The position numbers and the translations under genes are program-made. The notes beneath the pieces are model-generated. The model did not search any database. It had not been told where the DNA came from and saw only the letters and a program-made list of their open reading frames with translations. Source: an uncultured archaeon (GTDB lineage: Archaea; Asgardarchaeota; Thorarchaeia; Thorarchaeales; Thorarchaeaceae). Taken from it: a DNA stretch of 32,000 nt. Position 1 is the first letter of the stretch; every line of letters starts with the position of its first letter. The stretch spans positions 522,910 to 554,909 of the forward strand of contig CAYHAA010000001.1 in assembly GCA_964354495.1 (NCBI GenBank). The letters are read 5' to 3'. Positions 18,761 through 26,106 of the stretch are shown here, piece after piece.

Positions 18761-19375
18761 CTAGTCGTGGGCTTCGCTATCAGATGGAGACTCATCGTCC
18801 TCGGCATCCTGTGAAGTGCTTTCTTCAGTTACCTTCTCTTCTTCTTCTGAACGTTTCTTCATTGCTTCAGCAGATTGTCTAATGAGTTCAGTCATAATCA
18901 CGGAGTAGACGGCTGGAAGTGCGGCATCTGTATCGGTCCTCTCTCTGAACTCCTGTTCAGCAAGTTCTCTCGCCTCTTGGAGAACCTGTTTGTTGATCTC
19001 TCCCTGCCCAACGCCAGGGCAGTCCTTGCTGCTTAGATAGTATTTTTCTCCATTATACTCAAGCGGATAGGTGCGGCATGAGATGGGTCTTGAGTATCTG
19101 ACCTCGCAGCCATTGGCTTTCTCATTGAAGAAGATGCAACATGTGCTTTCAGCCTCTCCCTCTAGGGGTTTTCGCGCTGTTTCCAAGGATATAGAATCTT
19201 CCTCACTCTCAGGCAATCTCAGTGATACGCCTGGTAGGATACTCATGAGATAACCCTGCGTGTTCCATCTGCCCAGATCTCCTAGTGTGATATACACGTG
19301 GGATCGGATATGGCAGGCTCTTGTCGTACATTTCTGTTCGAGGCATTTGAAGTTGTACTTAGATTTCTCAGACAT
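18761..19375 (-). CDS. YkgJ-family cysteine-cluster protein with acidic C-terminal tail
   Basis: FKCLEQKCTTRAC, CCIFF...GCEVRYSRPISCRTYPL, KDCPGVGQG. Start could be 19375, 19381 or 19384. Confidence 0.8.
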   Translation of the reverse strand: MSEKSKYNFKCLEQKCTTRACHIRSHVYITLGDLGRWNTQGYLMSILPGVSLRLPESEEDSISLETARKPLEGEAESTCCIFFNEKANGCEVRYSRPISCRTYPLEYNGEKYYLSSKDCPGVGQGEINKQVLQEARELAEQEFRERTDTDAALPAVYSVIMTELIRQSAEAMKKRSEEEEKVTEESTSQDAEDDESPSDSEAHD

Positions 19376-19548
19376 CTTCATCACCGAAACTCAATATCCT
19401 GTTCTTGGCGTTATCATACAGACTTTAATGTTTTCGAAATAGCTAAAGCATCTTCGACTCTTTCCTCTGTCGGCAGGTTTTTGTGCAGCCAGAAGGCGGG
19501 TGATGCTCGCTTCAAAGATAACATCTGTCTTGATTCGGAGTACTCAAA

Positions 19549-19746
19549 ATGGCTCAGAACTCTTACTACGACAATGATATCAAGCACGTCCTGATAGCGC
19601 TCGGTAGCTCTTCTGGGAATCTACCCAAGAAGGATGTCAAAGCCAGATTGGTTCAATACGGCCCGAAGGTCATGCGCTCCATGATTGCAGTCATGGCAGC
19701 GCAAGACGCACGAGCCAAGGCTTTGCGGAACAGCGGAGGCTACTGA
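19549..19746 (+). CDS. 65-aa mini-protein resembling an isolated P-type ATPase N-terminal (Cation_ATPase_N) domain
   Basis: GGAG RBS; stop 2 nt before the ATPase ATG. Residues 7-40 align without gaps to ATPase residues 6-39 with 11 of 34 identities, including VL..L.SS...L and RL.QYG. Confidence 0.72.
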   Translation: MAQNSYYDNDIKHVLIALGSSSGNLPKKDVKARLVQYGPKVMRSMIAVMAAQDARAKALRNSGGY

Positions 19747-19748
19747 AG

Positions 19749-22490
19749 ATGGCCGAGTCATGGCACGCTCTGGAAACTGAAATGGTCCTTGATATGCTGG
19801 ATAGCTCCCCTGAGGGTCTGACCCAGGATGAAGCGACAGTTCGCCTTGAGCAATATGGGCTTAACGAGATTGCGATTGCAAAGAGAGGCTCCGCAATTCG
19901 GATGTTCATTAGACAGTTCTCAAACATTCTCACTATTATTCTTCTTGTGGCTGTTGTAGTTTCTTTTGTCGTAGGAGAAGCAGTAGATGCTGCTCTCATT
20001 CTGGTTATTGTGCTCATTTCGGCATTGCTTGGCTTTTCTCAAGAATATCGCGCTGAGAAGGCCCTAGATGCTCTACGGGGGATGCTCACTCCCACCTCGA
20101 TTGTGGTCAGAGATGGACGACCTATGGCGGTAGCAAGCAAGGAGATTGTACCAGGGGACATCTTAACTCTGAAGGAAGGAGATCGACTTCCTGCCGACGG
20201 TCGCGTGTTAGAGTCTTTCAACTTGAAAATAAGTGAGGCGGCAATTACCGGAGAGTCTGTTCCTGTACAAAAGAGCACACCAGTTCTTCCTGATGATACC
20301 CCGCTCGGTGACAGACGCAACATTGTGCTCTCCGGCACTGAAATCATCTACGGGAAAGGAACCGCCGTTATTGTGTCAACCGGCTCGAACACCGAGTTCG
20401 GCAAGATTGCAAGTCAGGTCGCCACTGTGACAAAGGAAAGCACTCCCCTTGAGAAGCGAACTAGGGAGATCGGCTTTTGGTTGGGGACCATTTCACTGTC
20501 AGTGTGTGGCATCGTCATAGCCATTGGCCTCCTAAGGGAGTTTTTCATTAGCGGTTTCATTGATCCTAATTTTGCTGTCCAGATGCTACTGTTCGGAATC
20601 GCACTTGCCGTGGCAGCAGTCCCGGAAGCATTACCCGGGGTTGTCACCGGAAGCCTCACAATTGGAATGCAACGCATGGCTCGTCAGAATGCCCTGGTCA
20701 GAAGAATGTCAGCAGTAGAAACATTGGGTTGCACTAGCATCATCTGCTCGGATAAGACTGGCACGATAACGCATGGGGAGATGACAGTCAGAGAGGTATA
20801 CCTCAGCGGCGCAACTCTAGGCATTGAAGGTGAAGGGTATGCCCCTGTGGGTAAGATTGTTCCATTTGACTCAGACGAATCGATTCTAAAGCAGGATCGG
20901 TTTCGCATGTTGATGGAGGCATGTGTTCTCTGCAATGATGCACGGCTCGAGCAGGCTGAGGGCCGCTGGAAGGTGCTGGGTGACCCGACTGAGGGCGCCT
21001 TGATCGTTCTAGCAGAGAAGGCCGGTATTAGTTCAGAACTCCTTAGGTCTCAGCATCCCCGTATTGGTGAGGTTCCATTCAGTTCAGATAGAAAACGGAT
21101 GAGTACCTTGCACTCAACTGCGATTGGGACCACTCTGGTGTTCACCAAGGGCGCTGCTGAAGTTGTTGTGGAGAGATGCAGCCACGTTGCTGTTGATGGG
21201 AGTCGCGAGCCGATGACGCCTACTATTCATGACGCCATACTTGAGAAGACGTCCGATATGGCGGTTCGAGCTCTTCGAGTTCTCGCTCTTGGCTACTGTG
21301 AAACTGGGCTTCTTGATATGACTGATGAGGATGCTGTAGAGTACAACCTAACCTTCCTTGGTCTTGTAGGAATGATTGATCCGGCCCGGAAAGATGCAAT
21401 TGACGCGATTCAGATCTGTAAATCTGTGGGCATCCGCCCAATCATGATAACTGGTGACCACAAACTGACAGCAGTTGCGATTGCAAATGAGGTTGGAATT
21501 CGTCAGCCTAATGACTTGGTCCTGACAGACCAGGAATTGCAGGAGATTTCTGATTCGGACTACGTGAATCTCGTTGACAAGGTCACTGTCTATGCACGTG
21601 TGTCGCCATCGAGCAAACTCAAAATAGTTCAGGCTTGGAAACGACGCAACGAAGTAGTGGCAATGACTGGCGACGGAGTCAACGATGCTCCTGCGTTAAA
21701 GCAGGCTGACATAGGTGTCGCTATGGGTATCACTGGCACTGATGTCACGAAGGAGGCTGCTGACCTTGTGTTGGCTGATGACAATTTCGCGACAATCAAG
21801 AATGCAATCGAACTCGGTCGCTGGATATATGACAATATCAAGAAGTATCTTGCCTATCTGCTGAGAGCTAATCTCATCGAGATCATAGTATTGTCCGCTG
21901 TTGTCCTCATTGGTTATCCACTGCCATTGCTTCCGGTTCAGGTGCTTTACATCAACCTTGTGACAGATGGACTTCCCGCTATTGCACTCGGACTGAGCCC
22001 CCCTGATGTGGACATCATGAAGAGACCGCCCAGAAACCCGAATGAGAGCATATTCTCTAAGGATGTCAAGCAGTTCTTTCTCATCACAATACTTGTTCAG
22101 GTTCCCTTGTTCCTGTATGTCTTCTTAACCATGGCTCCCCTCGGAATGGTAGAAGCCCGTACAGTCCTATTTTACCTGTTCGTGTTCTGCGAGCTGACTC
22201 TGGCTCTGACATGTAGGTCGCTGAAATACACAATCTTGGAGACGCGACCTCATAGACTGCTGGTAGGTTCTATCGTCTTCAATGTGGTCCTGACCGTAGT
22301 CCTCTTTGGCTTCGTCCCTGGTGCGGCAGAAGCCTTTGGCATCGGCCCATTGAGTCTCATGGGTATTGAGATAATCATTGGCGCTTGCCTGATATCACTC
22401 CTGGCTATTGAGGGATTGAAGATAATAACTCGCAGGAAGAGCAATAGCAGCACAAACAGACTCAATACGATGATGACAATCGATTCGTGA
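19749..22490 (+). CDS. P-type ATPase, P2A (SERCA/PMR1-like Ca2+ pump)
   Basis: [70 protein letters not shown]; about 10 TM helices. Confidence 0.96.
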   Translation: MAESWHALETEMVLDMLDSSPEGLTQDEATVRLEQYGLNEIAIAKRGSAIRMFIRQFSNILTIILLVAVVVSFVVGEAVDAALILVIVLISALLGFSQEYRAEKALDALRGMLTPTSIVVRDGRPMAVASKEIVPGDILTLKEGDRLPADGRVLESFNLKISEAAITGESVPVQKSTPVLPDDTPLGDRRNIVLSGTEIIYGKGTAVIVSTGSNTEFGKIASQVATVTKESTPLEKRTREIGFWLGTISLSVCGIVIAIGLLREFFISGFIDPNFAVQMLLFGIALAVAAVPEALPGVVTGSLTIGMQRMARQNALVRRMSAVETLGCTSIICSDKTGTITHGEMTVREVYLSGATLGIEGEGYAPVGKIVPFDSDESILKQDRFRMLMEACVLCNDARLEQAEGRWKVLGDPTEGALIVLAEKAGISSELLRSQHPRIGEVPFSSDRKRMSTLHSTAIGTTLVFTKGAAEVVVERCSHVAVDGSREPMTPTIHDAILEKTSDMAVRALRVLALGYCETGLLDMTDEDAVEYNLTFLGLVGMIDPARKDAIDAIQICKSVGIRPIMITGDHKLTAVAIANEVGIRQPNDLVLTDQELQEISDSDYVNLVDKVTVYARVSPSSKLKIVQAWKRRNEVVAMTGDGVNDAPALKQADIGVAMGITGTDVTKEAADLVLADDNFATIKNAIELGRWIYDNIKKYLAYLLRANLIEIIVLSAVVLIGYPLPLLPVQVLYINLVTDGLPAIALGLSPPDVDIMKRPPRNPNESIFSKDVKQFFLITILVQVPLFLYVFLTMAPLGMVEARTVLFYLFVFCELTLALTCRSLKYTILETRPHRLLVGSIVFNVVLTVVLFGFVPGAAEAFGIGPLSLMGIEIIIGACLISLLAIEGLKIITRRKSNSSTNRLNTMMTIDS

Positions 22491-22532
22491 GCACTGGAAC
22501 AACACTGAGCTGATAGGAGTTGGTCAGAGGCA

Positions 22533-23384
22533 CTATGAGGGCAACCTCTTCTCCAACCACGCTACCAAATCAGCCATGACTTGATCCTTCTCAGGCTCAA
22601 CATGAAGTTCGTGATAGAGGCCCTCATAGAGTTTCCATGTCTTATCCTTCGAGGACAGCCTATCGAAGAATACCTTGTTCTTATTCGGATCAGTCGCTTT
22701 GTCAAGACCTGCTTGCTGAAGCAGGACGGGGAGTGTGATTAGTGATGCAGAATTGAATGCATCTTCTGATGCTCTGAAACCTTCAATGCCAAACCTCGCT
22801 GTGACTCTCTCGAATCTCAAGGGGTCAGTTTCATGGTCTTTTATCACACTGGGGCTCCTGCTCAAATCGCTGTAGTTCAGGTCGCTGTCGAAGTATCTTT
22901 TGATATTCAGGATGGAGAGAAGATGCCCTGCAAGGCGTTTGCCAGTACCAATATTAAGTGTTTGACTGACTGCTGGCACTTGAAGTATCAGGCCATCGAT
23001 GTCTCGAGGATACTTGGCTGCATACCTGACTGCGTTAACTCCTCCAAGCGATGACCCGAACAGGAATGTAGTCTTGTTGAGGTATCGATCCTTTGCCTGC
23101 ATAATCAGATTCTGAATATCCTCGATATATTCATCGAAGCTCATGACATGTCCTTTCAGGGCGGAGTAGTGCCCAAAACCACGCATGTCCGGTATGAAGA
23201 CGGCCAGTCCCTGTTCCGCAAAATACTGTCCTATGTTCTTGAAGTCGCCAGCATGGCTACCAAGACCGTGGATGACTATCAGAAGAGCCCTCGGGTTGTT
23301 ATTATCAGGGCGCCATACTGCCAGAAACATACTTGTTCCGTCATATCCGATGTACTTTGTTTCCTCATACTGCATGACTGCCAC
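22533..23384 (-). CDS. Alpha/beta hydrolase, lysophospholipase / monoacylglycerol lipase family
   Basis: IHGLGSH, DMRGFGHYS, nucleophile elbow GSSLGG, QAGLDK (Asp), GLYHE (His). Confidence 0.9.
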   Translation of the reverse strand: MAVMQYEETKYIGYDGTSMFLAVWRPDNNNPRALLIVIHGLGSHAGDFKNIGQYFAEQGLAVFIPDMRGFGHYSALKGHVMSFDEYIEDIQNLIMQAKDRYLNKTTFLFGSSLGGVNAVRYAAKYPRDIDGLILQVPAVSQTLNIGTGKRLAGHLLSILNIKRYFDSDLNYSDLSRSPSVIKDHETDPLRFERVTARFGIEGFRASEDAFNSASLITLPVLLQQAGLDKATDPNKNKVFFDRLSSKDKTWKLYEGLYHELHVEPEKDQVMADLVAWLEKRLPS

Positions 23385-23476
23385 TGCACGCTAGTAGCGA
23401 GTATCTACTATTTATCTTAGTGCAATGAGGGGAGAGGGATGATCCTGAGGGTATGCAGCTGCTGCACCAGACTTTG

Positions 23477-23640
23477 ACAAAGTTGGACACTTCTTAGATG
23501 AATGTTCGAGCGATCGCGTAGGCGTTTATATATCCGGGTCCAAAGACAGGACTCTGAGGTTGACCGGACACACACTCGACCTCGCAGAGTGACCCAGTGC
23601 CGTTCTCCTGGGTGTACAAGACTCAGGTGTCCAACTTTGT
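23477..23640. repeat. 14-bp perfect inverted repeat pair enclosing a structured 136-nt spacer
   Basis: ACAAAGTTGGACAC (23477-23490) and GTGTCCAACTTTGT (23627-23640); 17 of 18 match when extended to 23473/23644. Confidence 0.85.
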
Positions 23641-23675
23641 AAAACTTACAATGAACGGTCATCTCGGTAGTAAGC

Positions 23676-24557
23676 CTAGAATCTCATCGGTTTTGGCTCA
23701 TCGCCTGAATAGTCATAGAAGCCTCTTCCAGACTTTCGACCTAGCCATCCTGCTCTGACCATCTTCCGTAGCAGCGCCGGTGCCCTATACTTACTGTCTT
23801 TGAACTCATCGACAAAGTAGTCACTGATGTAGAGTGCTGTATCGAGACCAACGAAGTCGAGCAATGTCAATGGACCCATAGGCCAGTTAAGACCCAGTTT
23901 AATCCCCAAATCCATGTCCTCGACAGTTGCCACACCCTCTTGAATGGCAAAGATTGCTTCATTGAGTGCTGGTACCAGTACCCTGTTGACAGCAAAACCC
24001 GGTGCCTCGTTGACTATCACAGTCTTCTTTCCGACCTTGTGCGAAACATCCTCGATTACTTTCACAGTGGCATCCGCAGTTGCCTGCCCCTTTATGATCT
24101 CCACGAGACCCATGACTGGAACTGGATTGAAGAAGTGCATTCCTATGAATTTCTCAGGTCTCTTCGTGACCGCTGCCATTTGGGTGATACTGATACTGGA
24201 AGTATTCGAAGCGAGTATGGCACGTTCGGGTGCTGCTCCATCGACTTCCTTCCAGGTGTCTAGTTTCAGCTTGACAACCTCAGGAATTGCTTCAATAACC
24301 AGATCAGCATCCTTCACTGCGATCTTCAAATCGAGAACACCTTTTACTCGTCCCAAGATTGCATCTGCTTCGTCTTGACTCATCTTGCCCTTGGAAACTC
24401 CACGACCAAGATTCTTCTTGATGGTTGCTATTCCATTATCTACGAATTTCTGTTCAATATCTCGCATTTTGACTTCATAGCCAGCCTGTGCGCAGACATG
24501 GGCTATTCCATTTCCCATCTGTCCGGCGCCTAACACTGCAATCTTTTTGATTTCCAT
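23676..24557 (-). CDS. hbd: 3-hydroxybutyryl-CoA (3-hydroxyacyl-CoA) dehydrogenase
   Basis: VLGAGQMGNGIA, VIEAIPE, LASNTSS, GMHFFNPVPVMGLVE, PGFAVNR, PMGPLTLLDFVGLD, LGRKSGRGFYDY. Confidence 0.96.
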   Translation of the reverse strand: MEIKKIAVLGAGQMGNGIAHVCAQAGYEVKMRDIEQKFVDNGIATIKKNLGRGVSKGKMSQDEADAILGRVKGVLDLKIAVKDADLVIEAIPEVVKLKLDTWKEVDGAAPERAILASNTSSISITQMAAVTKRPEKFIGMHFFNPVPVMGLVEIIKGQATADATVKVIEDVSHKVGKKTVIVNEAPGFAVNRVLVPALNEAIFAIQEGVATVEDMDLGIKLGLNWPMGPLTLLDFVGLDTALYISDYFVDEFKDSKYRAPALLRKMVRAGWLGRKSGRGFYDYSGDEPKPMRF

Positions 24558-24675
24558 GATATCGCCTCATAGCATGAATACGAAACGCCACTCGTTCGAT
24601 GCTGCCACTAAATATGTCTATTGATTCAAGGCTCGAATCTTTCAAAAAGTGAACTCATGAGAGTGCAATGGATGT

Positions 24676-25305
24676 TCATATTCTCTCATACCTGAATGTG
24701 CAACGTTTGTCCCCTGATGCAATGGTTTCGTTGCGGGTGAATCTTATCCAGGTATCGACAATGCTAGCAAGAATGCCATCATACTCGCAGAGGATTGGCC
24801 CCAATTCAGGTCTCCCTGCTTCTCGCAGGATATCAAAGTAGAAGCATCTCTGAATGTCAAATCCGAATTTCTTGTCGTTTTTGTGGACCTCAATTAGCTT
24901 GAAGAACTCGTTCTCATAGTTTGCCTTGTTCCCCCTTTGTACCCATTCCATGAAAGCATTCCATGAGTCTTTGCTCTGCTTGAAACTGGCTGTTTCTGTT
25001 TCAAAGAACCCCAGCAACATCTCTCTATAGATGGCCAGAATTGACTTCCTCAGTTGCGAATACGATGCTTTGACTTCTCTGAGCACATCATCAACGGCCA
25101 TTACAAAGAGCGTGTTTATGCCATGCCTCTTTGCCAGTGGATTAGGCATCATCTGGCTGTAGTTGTTGTAGTGAATCCTGAACTGCCTCTCATACAGCTT
25201 ATGCAGGGCATCTCCTTTCTGCTGGCCAAAGAGTCTGATGAACTCCTTTCCTGCCAGATCAGAAAAATAACCAATGAGTTGCTGAGATTGAGATTCCTCG
25301 GTCAT
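24676..25305 (-). CDS. L-2-amino-thiazoline-4-carboxylic acid hydrolase-family (4VR-like) protein
   Basis: C-terminal FDIQRCFYFDILREAGRPELGPILCEYD...FTRNETIASGDKRCTFRY is the typical family signature; GGAG RBS. Confidence 0.82.
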   Translation of the reverse strand: MTEESQSQQLIGYFSDLAGKEFIRLFGQQKGDALHKLYERQFRIHYNNYSQMMPNPLAKRHGINTLFVMAVDDVLREVKASYSQLRKSILAIYREMLLGFFETETASFKQSKDSWNAFMEWVQRGNKANYENEFFKLIEVHKNDKKFGFDIQRCFYFDILREAGRPELGPILCEYDGILASIVDTWIRFTRNETIASGDKRCTFRYERI

Positions 25306-25750
25306 CGTACTCCGTCTTCTTTGCGGTTGCTAAAGGAGTTTGGGATACTTGCATGTTTCTCGCGGATATCACTCTTGCGATGAGTGGTCACCATGTGGTC
25401 AGATCCATGGTCAGTCCAGCTCAGAAGGGGCATATCATGTGACCACCCCATGATGGGTCGTGAATCATTATGACTACGGACAATCAAACACGCAATCGAA
25501 ATCTGAAACACGGATATCACAGGTACGTCCAGACTGCTGACGCCTTAGCCCATGCCTATGCCTATAGGAGGTAGGTGAATGGTTTGTACTAGGATGTCAA
25601 AGAGAAATTCATACGCAACCTCCACCCTCGCAATTACTACTATGCACTTCAGAAGGTAGTCCACCGTGACAGGCTACGACTCCACTTCTCTCAGATGCGG
25701 CTTTAGAATGGTCTATGCAAAACACCCAACACTCTCAATAGTCCACGAAA

Positions 25751-25848
25751 CAAATATTTGCGCACTGGAATATGTTTATAATAAACCGATTATGGAATTT
25801 GGTTTGTCCAACAAACCTTATATGCGCCCTGGTCACAGCAGCTGCTGT
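25751..25848. promoter_or_regulatory. Cluster of four palindromes around TATA-like boxes
   Basis: CAAATATTTG (25751-25760), GTTTAT-A-ATAAAC (25774-25786), GGTTTGT-CCA-ACAAACC (25801-25817), ACAGCAGCTGCTGT (25835-25848). Confidence 0.55.
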
Positions 25849-26106
25849 AAATGTTGATGGCGCAGTAGGGGCCTCCGATAAGTCCTAATGTTCCTACCAA
25901 TGGCTACACCGGAAAAATCTCCTATCTCCGCAGCGGTCCCAGCCGTGTAATCTAGGGGCCGCTGCCTCAAAATGGATTGCTGACAAAGATGAAATTCAAT
26001 ATCACCAACCAATGGCAGAACTCGATTAAGCAAACCACAGAGGCTAGAATTCACATTGACGTTACTTCTTCTCAAGAGCACACATACTTAGGGGAGTGAA
26101 AGAATC

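Noticed and set aside
23473-23644. Retron ncRNA (a1/a2 repeats enclosing msr/msd hairpins) or IS3-family ends
   Set aside because: The layout is superficially similar and AAAGTTGGACA recalls IS3-type ends from memory. However, there is no reverse transcriptase or transposase in the window, no TG...CA termini and no target duplication.
23417-23662. 81-aa minus-strand ORF across the inverted-repeat element
   Set aside because: No RBS and no recognisable motif; it runs through a TATA box and both repeat arms. Non-coding structure explains the region better.
25740-25800. Replication origin (AT-rich stretch, TTCCAGTG on the - strand resembling part of an ORB)
   Set aside because: Only a partial ORB match without the GAAA/G-string, no repeated ORBs, and no cdc6/orc1 gene in the window.
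25302-26081. ORFs 25302-25520 (-), 25666-25857 (+) and 25833-26081 (-), and possible TGA (selenocysteine) read-through frames
   Set aside because: None has a recognisable motif or convincing RBS. Reading through TGA does not produce a long coherent frame, and I found no SECIS-like stem.
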